Assembly (NCBI GenBank): GCA_903907925.1
Contig: CAIVQB010000106.1
Location: 24,990 to 88,989, forward strand
Reading direction: 5' to 3'
Source: an uncultured Verrucomicrobiota bacterium
GTDB taxonomy: Bacteria > Verrucomicrobiota > Verrucomicrobiia > Limisphaerales > UBA9464
Length of the DNA stretch: 64,000 nt
Made by a program: the position numbers and the translations under genes. The notes under the pieces are model-generated. The model was not told the origin of the DNA. It saw nothing but the letters and a program-made list of their open reading frames with translations, and searched no databases. Below are positions 43,290 to 52,489 of this stretch, piece by piece (position 1 is the stretch's first letter; each line of letters opens with the position of its first letter).

Positions 43290-45083
43290 TCATCGTGAAG
43301 CGGAACTGTCCGCGAGCCAGGGTGAGATCAGGTCCAACTCCGAGGGGCTGAGCTTCAAGACATCGATGCCTTCCGCGACCCGTCGGGCGAAGGATCGCTG
43401 GCTGCTGATTCCGAGCGCCGCGACGCGGACGACACGCCAGGCCAGCGGGGCGGCCTTCCAATCGATTGCCGGCCGGCTGATCCAGTCGGCCGCGGCGTCG
43501 GGCGAACTCGCGCGGACCGCGGCCAGGGCGGCGGTAACGCAATACAACGGTTCCTCCCGGAGGACGGGCTCCAGTTCCTTCAGGGTCACGCGGGCGTCGT
43601 TCTCATCGTGTCCCAACAGAAGCTGGGAGAGAGCCAACTGCAATCGGAACCGGGGCTCCAGCGGATGCAATTGACTGACGCGTCGGAGAGCGACGGAGGT
43701 GGCGGGAAGATGGTGCCAGAGCGCGCCCAGGCGCAGGAGCTCGCGGGCGGCGTGGGCGGCTTGAAGCGGTTCGTCCAGAAGTTCCTCCCAGGCGGCGATG
43801 GCGGGTTCGCGGGCACCCCATTCCTCGGCGCGGACGGCGAGTAATTCCGTGTATTGCGCGTTCCCGCGGACCGCATTGGCGGCCAGTTGCCAGAGGCGGG
43901 GGGCGTCGTGTGTCTGACGGGCGTATTGTGCCACACCCGCGCGGAAAATCGCCTTCACCGCAATCGGCAACGGAAGATCGGGAACATCCAGCAATTGATC
44001 CATTTCATCCCACCGACCGCACGCGGCGAGCCCGCCGAGACGGAGCAGGGTCAATGAACGGTCGCGGACGGCACTCGTCTTCGGTATCAGCTCCACCACG
44101 GCGCGGTTGAGATCCAGCGCGCCCAGCAACCGCCCGGCCTCCACGGCGACCTCGACGCTGCGGGGAACGGGGAGAAATTCCTCCATGGCGGCCTTGATCT
44201 GGGTGGGATCGTGCCGGACCTGCATCGCAAAGCGCACCAGATCCTCTCCCGGCGCGTTCGGCCGGGACGGGCCGAGGAGTTGCCCGAACAGCCGTTCTTC
44301 ATCGGCGTTCAAGTGGCCTTCAATCAGCATCAACCGGGCGATCGGGCCCCGATCTTCCGCGACGTGGGTCATCAGCGCGAAGAGCCGTGCTTTTCCCGCG
44401 GTCTGCTCGCCGGGAACAGAACTGCGGACCTCGAGGGTGGCCAATTGAACCTCATAGTGCCGGTTGGACGGATCACGGGTCAGCGCGTCGCGAATCGCGC
44501 TGATGGCCTGCTCATCGTCGCCGTCGAGTTCGAAGATTTCGGAAATCAAGGCGAGCACTTCGGGATCGTTCGGATCGGCGAGATGCAACGGCTTGAGAAC
44601 CTGCCGGGCAATATCCGTGCGCAAACAGGCGAGGGCGAGGCGGGCGTAGGAAATGTGATCCGCACGGGCGGCGAGCGCTCCACTCTCCTCCCAGCGACGC
44701 CAGTAGGGGAGGCCATGGGGATCGTGGTAATGAGAGTAGAATTGGGCCTGCGCTCGTAGGACAGCCGGCCGGTCCAGACTCAGCCGGGCGGCGGTGGCGA
44801 TGTCCGATGATGCGGCGTCGTAATCCCCTTTCGCCATGGAAGCCGTCGCGGTGCGCGCGATCCGGTCGGCCCGCCATCCGTTGACGTGCGGGGCCATGGC
44901 ATGCCACGTCAGGTACGCCACGTAGGCGATGAAGCCGGCGACGACGTGTACCATCACCACACTCGCGAACCAGCCGGAGTCGGTTTTTCTGGCCTCACTC
45001 TCCTCGTCGAATGCCGTCGGGTCGGCGGACTCCGGGTAAGCCAGCGCAAACGTGCCGGGGGCATCCGTTTTTTTGCGCTTCAT
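43290..45083 (-). CDS. Membrane-anchored TPR-like/helical repeat protein (hypothetical)
   Basis: Start chosen at MKRKKTDAPGTF (ATG 45083). One TM helix (WFASVVMVHVVAGFIAYVAYLTW), then an alpha-helical, Ala/Leu/Arg-rich repeat region. Confidence 0.5.
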   Translation of the reverse strand: MKRKKTDAPGTFALAYPESADPTAFDEESEARKTDSGWFASVVMVHVVAGFIAYVAYLTWHAMAPHVNGWRADRIARTATASMAKGDYDAASSDIATAARLSLDRPAVLRAQAQFYSHYHDPHGLPYWRRWEESGALAARADHISYARLALACLRTDIARQVLKPLHLADPNDPEVLALISEIFELDGDDEQAISAIRDALTRDPSNRHYEVQLATLEVRSSVPGEQTAGKARLFALMTHVAEDRGPIARLMLIEGHLNADEERLFGQLLGPSRPNAPGEDLVRFAMQVRHDPTQIKAAMEEFLPVPRSVEVAVEAGRLLGALDLNRAVVELIPKTSAVRDRSLTLLRLGGLAACGRWDEMDQLLDVPDLPLPIAVKAIFRAGVAQYARQTHDAPRLWQLAANAVRGNAQYTELLAVRAEEWGAREPAIAAWEELLDEPLQAAHAARELLRLGALWHHLPATSVALRRVSQLHPLEPRFRLQLALSQLLLGHDENDARVTLKELEPVLREEPLYCVTAALAAVRASSPDAAADWISRPAIDWKAAPLAWRVVRVAALGISSQRSFARRVAEGIDVLKLSPSELDLISPWLADSSASR

Positions 45084-45413
45084 CGGTATCACCCTAGGGG
45101 ACGCTGATCGGAATTCCAAGTCATCCGTGGCGGTCGATTTCGCGTCGCCGGCGGCGCGTTTCCGGGGGCTGTCGGTGACGGATGTTGGGATCGAATGACA
45201 CCGTACTGGCGCTGTATCTAGCATGTTATAAGCATATTGCAAACGAGCTAGTCGGCACCGAAGTGGCATTCGGTGATGTTTCCCCCCCGGGGGCTGGCCA
45301 ACGGGTCGTCACCGGGATTTTGCGGATCATTCGTCCGATTCGGAGCGCCGCGCCGCGCCGCGTCCTAGGGGCGGAGTTTTTCGATTTGCCGATCAGGTGT
45401 ATTCTGCGCCGGG

Positions 45414-46718
45414 ATGTCCCGCCAACGGATCGCCATAATCGGTACCGGAATCGCCGGTCTCGGCTGTGCCTATTTCCTGCACGACCGCCATGACCTGACT
45501 CTGTTTGAACAGGCGGACTATGCGGGCGGCCACACGAATACGATCGATGTGGGGCGCGGTACCGGCGCCGTGGCCTTCGACACCGGATTCATGGTGTTCA
45601 ACCGGGTCACCTATCCGCATCTCTGCCGGTTGTTCGACGAGCTGAAAGTTTCGGTGAAACCCACCGACATGAGCTTCAGCGTCCAGCATCGGGGCGAGAA
45701 TCTCGAGTTCTGCGGTTCCAGCCTCAATCACCTGTTTGCCCAGCGTCGGAATCTGTTCCGACCCCGGTTTTATCGGATGTTGATGGCGGTGAATCGTTTC
45801 AATACCGAGGCGGTGACGGCGCTCGACGATCCGGAATGCGCATCTGTTTCGGTCGCCGACTACGTTCGACGACGGGGTTACGGCGATGACTTTCTGAAGT
45901 GGTACCTGGTTCCCATGAGCAGCGCGGTTTGGAGCACGCCTCCCGCGGCGATGATGGAGTTTCCCGCACTGACTTTGCTGCGTTTTTTCCACAACCACGG
46001 CTTCCTCGGACTCAATACCCAGCACGCCTGGTGGACGGTGGAGGGCGGCGCGCGGGAATATGTTCGGCGGCTTCAACGTCAGTTCGGGGCCTGCATCCGC
46101 CTGAATTCACCGGTCAGGAGTGTGATTCGGCTCGCCGCGGGTGGAGCCCGGATTCGGTGGGGTGGGGATCGTGCCGAGGATTTCGACCGGGTGATCCTGG
46201 CCTGCCATGCCGACCAGAGTCTGAAACTGCTGGAGAATGCCGACCATCAGGAACGCAGTCTGCTGGGCGAATTTCGCTATCAGCCGAACCTCGCCACGAT
46301 CCATACCGACGAGCGGGTTATGCCCCGGACCCGGCTGGCGTGGTCGGCGTGGAACTACCGGACGGAAGAGACCGGACCCGGAGTTTTGAACGCGCCGCAG
46401 ACCGTTTATTGGATGAACCGGCTGCAGGGACTCCAGAGCGAACGTGACTTTTTCGTGTCGATCAATGCCGGCGACACGGTGGATCCCAGCCAAGTTCTCC
46501 GTGAAATCCGCTATGAACACCCGTTGTTCCATCAACGGGCCATCCAGGCGCAGGCCGGGCTTCCCGGATTGAACCACAGATCGCCGGATCAGGCGGTTTA
46601 CTTCGCAGGTAGCTATTTTCGCTATGGATTCCACGAGGACGCCTTCACCTCGGCCCTGGAATGCGCCCGCGCAGTCACCGGGGAACCGATTTGGGGGGCG
46701 CTTCCAGGATGGGGCTGA
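45414..46718 (+). CDS. NAD(P)/FAD-dependent oxidoreductase (amine-oxidase fold, COG2907-like)
   Basis: 434 aa. RIAIIGTGIAGLGCAYFL dinucleotide-binding motif, C-terminal FAGSYFRYGFHEDA. Confidence 0.8.
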   Translation: MSRQRIAIIGTGIAGLGCAYFLHDRHDLTLFEQADYAGGHTNTIDVGRGTGAVAFDTGFMVFNRVTYPHLCRLFDELKVSVKPTDMSFSVQHRGENLEFCGSSLNHLFAQRRNLFRPRFYRMLMAVNRFNTEAVTALDDPECASVSVADYVRRRGYGDDFLKWYLVPMSSAVWSTPPAAMMEFPALTLLRFFHNHGFLGLNTQHAWWTVEGGAREYVRRLQRQFGACIRLNSPVRSVIRLAAGGARIRWGGDRAEDFDRVILACHADQSLKLLENADHQERSLLGEFRYQPNLATIHTDERVMPRTRLAWSAWNYRTEETGPGVLNAPQTVYWMNRLQGLQSERDFFVSINAGDTVDPSQVLREIRYEHPLFHQRAIQAQAGLPGLNHRSPDQAVYFAGSYFRYGFHEDAFTSALECARAVTGEPIWGALPGWG

Positions 46719-46814
46719 ATTTTCGTGAAACTGGATGCGTCCGGTGAGGGTCTTCCGCTCTGTGCCAAAGTCGGGTTTGACCCGTCCCTTCAAAAAGACC
46801 ACGATTAAACGATC

Positions 46815-48311
46815 ATGAAGTTGAGCCCGTTGCTGGCGGCTGCCGTCCTTTCGGCGGCCCCTTTTTCCGTTGATGCCGAGATCACGCAAAAACCGATTTC
46901 CCTCGAGGATTGCATCCAGTTGGCGCTGCAACACAACTTCGACATCCGGCTCCAGCGGTACGGACCCCGGCTGTCCACCCTCGACCTGAGCACCTCGTAC
47001 GCGCCGTACGATCCGACCTTCTTCGCCAGTGCCGGACAACGTTTCAACCGGAATGAGTCCCTCGCCGTCCCCTCGGCCACCTTTAATCCGCCGTCCAACG
47101 AGTCCTGGGGCGACACGTACAGCACCGGTCTCGGTGGCTACCTGCCGACCGGCCTTCGCTACGACTTTTACGGGGATGTCCGGCGCAATCAGACAACCAT
47201 TCTCCCGGGCGGCCAGACCGGTTCGTTTGATTATTCGCCGGACGCCGGAGTCCAGTTGACCCAACCGTTGCTGAAAAACGCGTGGACCGACACGACCCGT
47301 TGGACGATCGCGCTGAACCGGCTGGTGCTGAAGAGCAATGTCGAGGTGGTGCGGGGGCAGATCATCGACACGCTCCGCGACGTTGAAGTCGGCTACTACA
47401 ATTTGATCAGCGCCTCGGAAAACGTGCAGGTCGAGATCAAGGCAATGGAGGTGGCCGAGCGGTTCCTGTTTGAGACCCGCAAACGGGTGGAGGTTGGTGC
47501 GATGGCGCCGCTGGAAGCCAAGTCGGCGGAGGCCGAAGTGGCTCGCCGCCAGGCGGACTTGGTCACCGGGCGTCAGAGCCTGGGCGATGCCGAGCGCGCG
47601 CTGAAGAAACTGTTGGACGAGGATTTTGCCGTGTCGGCGGACACCATGCTGGTGCCGTCAGCCAAGCTCGGAATTCCGACCGTGGTCGTGAATCGAAAGG
47701 ACAGTTGGGGACGGGCCTTTGAAAAACGTCCGGACTACCAGCAGCAAAAGCTGGCTCTCGAACAGCAGAAAATCACCGTGAAGTATAATCGGAACCAACT
47801 GTTTCCGCAGTTGGATCTTTCCGGCAGCTACGGCGTGACCGGCCGCAGCACAGAAGTGGGGCCGTCGATCAATGAACTCGGTAACCGCAGCAACCCCAAT
47901 TATTCGTGGGGCATCAAGCTGACCATCCCGTTGGACAATCTGGCGGCCCGCAACAATCTCAAGAAAGCCAAGCTCCAGGTCGAACAGCAGTTGGTGAAGT
48001 TCAAGCAGACCGAGCAGTCGATCATGATCCAGATCGACATCGACATCCGGGCCGTGGAAAGCGCCGCGGAGAAAATCAAGGCGACCCGACAGGCCCGGGA
48101 ATACGCCGAGGCGGCTCTGGATGCCGAACAGAAGAAGCTGGAGAGCGGCAAGAGCACCAATTATCAGGTCCTGCAGTTCCAGCGCGATTTGACCACCGCC
48201 CAGACGGCGGAGATCAGTGCCTTGGCGGACTACAACAAGGCCCTGACCCAGTTGTCCCACGACGAAGGCTCCACCTTCGAACGCCACTCGATCAAGGTCG
48301 ACCTGCGGTGA
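46815..48311 (+). CDS. TolC family outer membrane efflux protein
   Basis: 498 aa. Signal peptide, LEDCIQLALQHNFDIR start, two coiled-coil repeat halves typical of OEP/TolC. Confidence 0.85.
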   Translation: MKLSPLLAAAVLSAAPFSVDAEITQKPISLEDCIQLALQHNFDIRLQRYGPRLSTLDLSTSYAPYDPTFFASAGQRFNRNESLAVPSATFNPPSNESWGDTYSTGLGGYLPTGLRYDFYGDVRRNQTTILPGGQTGSFDYSPDAGVQLTQPLLKNAWTDTTRWTIALNRLVLKSNVEVVRGQIIDTLRDVEVGYYNLISASENVQVEIKAMEVAERFLFETRKRVEVGAMAPLEAKSAEAEVARRQADLVTGRQSLGDAERALKKLLDEDFAVSADTMLVPSAKLGIPTVVVNRKDSWGRAFEKRPDYQQQKLALEQQKITVKYNRNQLFPQLDLSGSYGVTGRSTEVGPSINELGNRSNPNYSWGIKLTIPLDNLAARNNLKKAKLQVEQQLVKFKQTEQSIMIQIDIDIRAVESAAEKIKATRQAREYAEAALDAEQKKLESGKSTNYQVLQFQRDLTTAQTAEISALADYNKALTQLSHDEGSTFERHSIKVDLR

Positions 48312-48330
48312 GAGCGCCGCGGGCGGAGTG

Positions 48331-48429
48331 GGTTGAAGAGATGAAGTGTTAAAAAGTTAAAGAGTCGCTGAGTTAAAGCATGGAACCGTTTTCACCTCTT
48401 TAACTCTTCAACACTTCATCTCTTCAACC
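48331..48429. terminator. Long AT-rich imperfect inverted repeat (34-nt arms, 31-nt loop) between convergent tolC and glmM; candidate bidirectional terminator or REP/MITE-like element
   Basis: Left arm is GGTTGAAGAGATGAAGTGTTAAAAAGTTAAAGAG (48331-48364). The reverse complement of the right arm (48396-48429) is GGTTGAAGAGATGAAGTGTTGAAGAGTTAAAGAG, matching at 32/34. No flanking U-tracts. Confidence 0.4.
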
Positions 48430-48439
48430 TTCCGCCCCC

Positions 48440-49829
48440 TCACGACGTCGCCCCGACCTGCCGTTGGATCGAGGCGCAGATTTCTACCGACCACCGTTCC
48501 ATCACTGAGGTGTCGGGGCCTTCGATCAGGAGGCGGGCCTTCGGTTCGGTGCCGGAATAGCGCAGGAGGACGCGACCCCCGTGGGGGGTGACGGCCGCCT
48601 CGGCGCGTTTGACGAGATCCTGAACCTCGTCGAGTTCCTCGAAGGGCGTTTTCATCCGCACCTTCACGTTGCGGACCAACTGCGGATAGCGGGTCCAACA
48701 ACGTCCCAGGTTTGGACAGCGCCTGACCGCGGGTCTTCATGGCGCTCAGGATTTGGAGCGCGGCGACCAGTCCGTCGCCGGTGGTGCTGTGATCGCGGAA
48801 GATCAGGTGCCCGCTTTGCTCCCCACCGAAATTCAGGTCGTGTTCCAGCATGGCGTCGATGACATGACGGTCGCCGACCGGTGTGACCAAAACCTGCCCA
48901 CCGGCCGCCTCAACGGCCACGCGGAGTCCGGCATTACTCATCACCGTGGTGACCAGGGTCCGGTTGCGCAGCGTGCCCTCGGCGAGCATCTGGATCGAGG
49001 CGATGGCCATGATGTCGTCGCCGTCGATCAGTTGGCCGTTTTCGTCGCAGAGCAGCACCCGGTCGGCATCACCGTCGTGCGCGATCCCGATGTCGGCCCG
49101 GTATTCGCGGACCTTCTGACAGAGGTTCTCCGGGTGCATCGATCCGCATTCGTGATTGATGTTGGTGCCGTTCGGCTGGGCCCCGAAGACGATCAGTTCC
49201 GCGCCCAGTTCCTGAAGGACGGCGGGTGTCGTCTTGTACGCGGCTCCGTGACCGCAATCGGCCACGATGCGCAATCCCTCCAGCGTCATGCCGCGCGGGA
49301 AGCTGGCCTTGGCGTGTTCCACATACCGGCCGATGGCGTCCTCGATGCGGTACGCCTTCCCGATTTCATTGGCGGTGGGACGGATGTTCTCGATCTCGCC
49401 ACCGAACACGAGGTCCTCAATCTGCTTTTCAACGACGTCGTCCAGTTTGAATCCGTCGGGACGGAAGAATTTGATCCCGTTGTCGTCATAGGGATTGTGC
49501 GAGGCGGTGATGACGATCCCGGCATCGGCACGCAGAGAGCGGGTGACATAGGCGACTCCGGGCGTGGGGAGCGGTCCGATGAACACCACATCGACCCCCA
49601 TCGAAAGAATGCCCGAGGAAATGGCGTTCTCCAGCATGTAGCCCGAGAGGCGGGTATCCTTGCCAATGACGATCCGGTAGCGGACGCGGTTCCGGGCCTG
49701 GCCGTGCAGGTTTTTGAAGACGTGGGCCGCGGCCCGGCCGAGACGCAGGGCGGTCTCCGCCGTGACCGGTTCAATATTGGCACGGCCGCGGACACCGTCG
49801 GTTCCGAAAATGCGTTTGGAGTGAGGCAT
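48440..49829 (-). pseudogene. glmM: Phosphoglucosamine mutase GlmM, frameshifted as assembled (one extra base near 48711)
   Basis: N-terminal [15 protein letters not shown] and the SHNP phosphoserine loop lie in the 473-aa ORF. The true C-terminus ([11 protein letters not shown]...[20 protein letters not shown]) lies in the +1 frame (79-aa ORF 48440-48679). Total length is 1390 nt, which is 3n+1. Confidence 0.85.
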
Positions 49830-49861
49830 GGAGAGGAAGGGCGTGGAGGATTCCGATGCAG

Positions 49862-50281
49862 TCAGCGGGCCGGGCCGGGGGCGATTCCCTGCCGCTCAAT
49901 CAGGACCTCCCTGGGCTGGAGGTCTGCGATTTGAACGCCGGGCGGGACATTCACATGGATCCGTCGGGTCATATGGACGGGGGAATGATCGATGAGATTG
50001 ACGTACACCTCCAGCTCGGAAGATTGCAGCCGGTCCAGGGTGACGGGATCGCCCTTGAGCGTAACCGTGACGGAGGCGGGGGCGACCTGATAGCGGCCGA
50101 GATCGGAGGCGGTCATCAAGACCGTGATCGGAAGCCCCTTGAACGTGCGGAGATTTCCGTTCGATTCGTCGTTCCGGGAATCCTGTCCGATGCCATACCG
50201 AACAGTGAACCAGATCAATCCGGCCAGGAGCAGCGAGAAGAATTTCTGCCACGGATTGTGGGTGATGAGGGAGCGCAACAT
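49862..50281 (-). CDS. cdaR: YbbR-like domain protein (CdaR-type regulator of diadenylate cyclase), single-domain
   Basis: 139 aa. N-terminal TM ([15 protein letters not shown]), then one YbbR-like beta domain (LPITVLM...[20 protein letters not shown]...LEVYVNL). Located between cdaA and glmM. Confidence 0.65.
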   Translation of the reverse strand: MLRSLITHNPWQKFFSLLLAGLIWFTVRYGIGQDSRNDESNGNLRTFKGLPITVLMTASDLGRYQVAPASVTVTLKGDPVTLDRLQSSELEVYVNLIDHSPVHMTRRIHVNVPPGVQIADLQPREVLIERQGIAPGPAR

Positions 50282-50284
50282 GGC

Positions 50285-51121
50285 TCAGGCGGTCCCGGGC
50301 GGGCGGGAGTGGTTGGGCCGGGTGGTGACGGCCCGAAGGCGGGACCAGCGTCCCCGCGATTCCGGTTTTCGAACGATCACCGAGGTCAGGAAGGCGCGGA
50401 GTTCCTCGATCGAGATGCCTTTGACTAACGTTCCACGGTGCGCATAGGAGATCGCACCGGTTTCTTCGGAGACCACCACCACAATCGCATCGGTCTCCTC
50501 GGTCAGGCCGATGGCCGCCCGGTGACGGGTTCCGACCGATTTCGCCAGATCCTGGCGTTGGGTCAGCGGGAAGATGCAGGCGGCCTTCAGGATCCGACCA
50601 TCGTGAACGATCACTCCGCCGTCGTGGATGGCGTTGTTCGGAAAGAAGATCGTTTCCATCATCTCCGGCGTCAGCTCGCAGTTCACCGAGATGCCACCCT
50701 CGACCACATCCGCCAGTTGCTGGTTTTGTTCGAGCGCGATCAACGCGCCAATATGGACCGGGGCAAGACGATCGACCGTCTCGATGATTTCCTCGACGTA
50801 TTCGCGCTGTTCACGTGCCGAGTTGAACAAGGGCAGGTTGCCCAATTCGGCGAGAATCCGGCGGAGCTCCGGTTGGAACAGGACGACGACCGCGATGGCG
50901 AGAACGCCGAAGAATTGATTCAGCAGGACGTTCACCACCTTGAGGTCGAGCACCCGGGTGAGAAGGGTGAGTGAGAGTAACAACGCGAGAAACCCGGTCA
51001 CCACCGGCGCCCCGCGGGTGCCGCGCACGAACATGAACGCGGTGTAGATCCCCATCGCCAGAATGGTGATTTCGAGACCGGGCCGCCAAATCTGCTCCAA
51101 GATGGGGAGGAGGTGATTCAC
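50285..51121 (-). CDS. cdaA: Diadenylate cyclase CdaA (DisA_N/DAC domain, membrane-anchored)
   Basis: GTG start at 51121 (GTGA overlap with the folP stop). Three N-terminal TM helices. DAC motifs DGGVIV, GTRHRAAIGLTEETDAIVVVVSEETGAIS. Confidence 0.85.
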   Translation of the reverse strand: MNHLLPILEQIWRPGLEITILAMGIYTAFMFVRGTRGAPVVTGFLALLLSLTLLTRVLDLKVVNVLLNQFFGVLAIAVVVLFQPELRRILAELGNLPLFNSAREQREYVEEIIETVDRLAPVHIGALIALEQNQQLADVVEGGISVNCELTPEMMETIFFPNNAIHDGGVIVHDGRILKAACIFPLTQRQDLAKSVGTRHRAAIGLTEETDAIVVVVSEETGAISYAHRGTLVKGISIEELRAFLTSVIVRKPESRGRWSRLRAVTTRPNHSRPPGTA

Positions 51122-51972
51122 GCGGGTTGGGAGGACTGCGAACGGGCCAGGAGTGCCTCGGTCATCCGGAGACCTTGAACAGTGGCGCTGACATCGTGGG
51201 TCCGGAAGATGGAGGCCCCTTCGCGCAAGGCCCAATGTGTGCAGGCGAGACCGGCGGAAAGCCGTTGGGACGCTTCAATCCCCAACAGCGTTCCCATGAA
51301 CGATTTTCGGGAAACCCCGATGAGAAGGGGCCGGCCCGGGCTTTTCAGCGTGTGGAGGTGGGCGAGCAAATCGAGATTGTGTCCCAGATTTTTGCCAAAG
51401 CCGATGCCAGGATCCAGGACCACCTGATCTGGGTTCACGCCGGCGGCGGCGAGCCCTTGCAGACGATCCTTGAAAAAACCGAGCACCGTGGTGACGACGT
51501 CATCGTACTGAGGCGCGTCCTGCATGGAAGCGGGATCGCCCTGCAGATGCATGGCGATGTATCCGGCACCGGCGGCGGCCACGCAGTTCCAGAGTTCCGA
51601 ATCCGAACGGGCGGCCCCGACGTCGTTGACGATGCTGGCACCGGCGGCCAGGGCGGCGCGGGCGACCTCCGGTTTTCGGGTGTCGACGGATATGGGCACC
51701 GAAACCTGGCTTACAAGCGCTTCGATGACCGGCAGGACGCGGTCCAATTCCTCAGCGACGGAGACCGGTTGGGCTCCGGGGCGGGTGGATTCGCCGCCGA
51801 TGTCGAGGAGATCGGCACCATCCCCGACCAGTTCGAGGGCATGGCGCACGGCGTGGGAGGCCTCGCGGAAATGCCCGCCGTCCCAAAACGAATCCGGGGT
51901 CACATTGACGATCCCCATCACCAGAGCGGGTCTGGGGAACGAAAACGTGAATTGGCGGCAACGCCAGAGCAT
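51118..51972 (-). CDS. folP: Dihydropteroate synthase
   Basis: 284 aa. MGIVNVTPDSFWDGG, DIGGESTRPGA, SVDT and DPGIGFGK motifs. Confidence 0.9.
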   Translation of the reverse strand: MLWRCRQFTFSFPRPALVMGIVNVTPDSFWDGGHFREASHAVRHALELVGDGADLLDIGGESTRPGAQPVSVAEELDRVLPVIEALVSQVSVPISVDTRKPEVARAALAAGASIVNDVGAARSDSELWNCVAAAGAGYIAMHLQGDPASMQDAPQYDDVVTTVLGFFKDRLQGLAAAGVNPDQVVLDPGIGFGKNLGHNLDLLAHLHTLKSPGRPLLIGVSRKSFMGTLLGIEASQRLSAGLACTHWALREGASIFRTHDVSATVQGLRMTEALLARSQSSQPA

Positions 51973-52007
51973 GGGTGGGGCGGGAAACGACGGGGAGGTC
52001 CCAAGTC

Positions 52008-52421
52008 CTAGTACGTCTGATTCCCGGTCGAAGCCGCCGGGCTGCGCTGGATCAGTTCGATTTCGTAGCCTTCCGGCGCGTCGACAAAGGCGAATCCACC
52101 GGAACCATCAGGCTTCATCGTCGGGCCATCCGAGTAGCGGAGTCCGAGGCTGGCAAGATGCGCGCCGAAGGCCTCCAACGACTCCACCTCGAAGGCGAGA
52201 TGAGTCAAATCGGCCTGCACTTCAACCGGGCCGGAATTTGGAAAGTGACAGAGCTCGATGGTTTCTTCGCTCAACGGCGCCTTGAGGAAAACCAACTCGG
52301 ATCCGCGCGGAGACTTGTGTCGGCGGACCTCCTCCAGCCCCAGGACTTCCTTGTAGAATCGGACCGACCGTTCCAGATCGTTCAGGCGGTAACGGGTATG
52401 AAGGAGTCTTGAAACACGCAT
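52008..52421 (-). CDS. VOC family protein (glyoxalase I-like)
   Basis: Start MRVSRLLHTRYRLNDLERSVRFYKEVLGLE (ATG 52421). 137 aa, with the paired beta-alpha-beta-beta-beta glyoxalase pattern HLAFEV... Confidence 0.7.
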   Translation of the reverse strand: MRVSRLLHTRYRLNDLERSVRFYKEVLGLEEVRRHKSPRGSELVFLKAPLSEETIELCHFPNSGPVEVQADLTHLAFEVESLEAFGAHLASLGLRYSDGPTMKPDGSGGFAFVDAPEGYEIELIQRSPAASTGNQTY

Positions 52422-52489
52422 GATGGGAGAAAGTGTAGCGACTCCGACACCAGGCGCAACGGCCGGGCCATTTCGTTTTGGTGCGAGGC

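Noticed and set aside
48408-48439. The tail of the 473-aa glmM ORF and the plus-strand ORF both encode ...VEEMKC across the inverted repeat, suggesting a small coding element.
   Set aside because: This is an artefact of palindromic DNA read on both strands. The real GlmM C-terminus is in another frame and ends at 48440.
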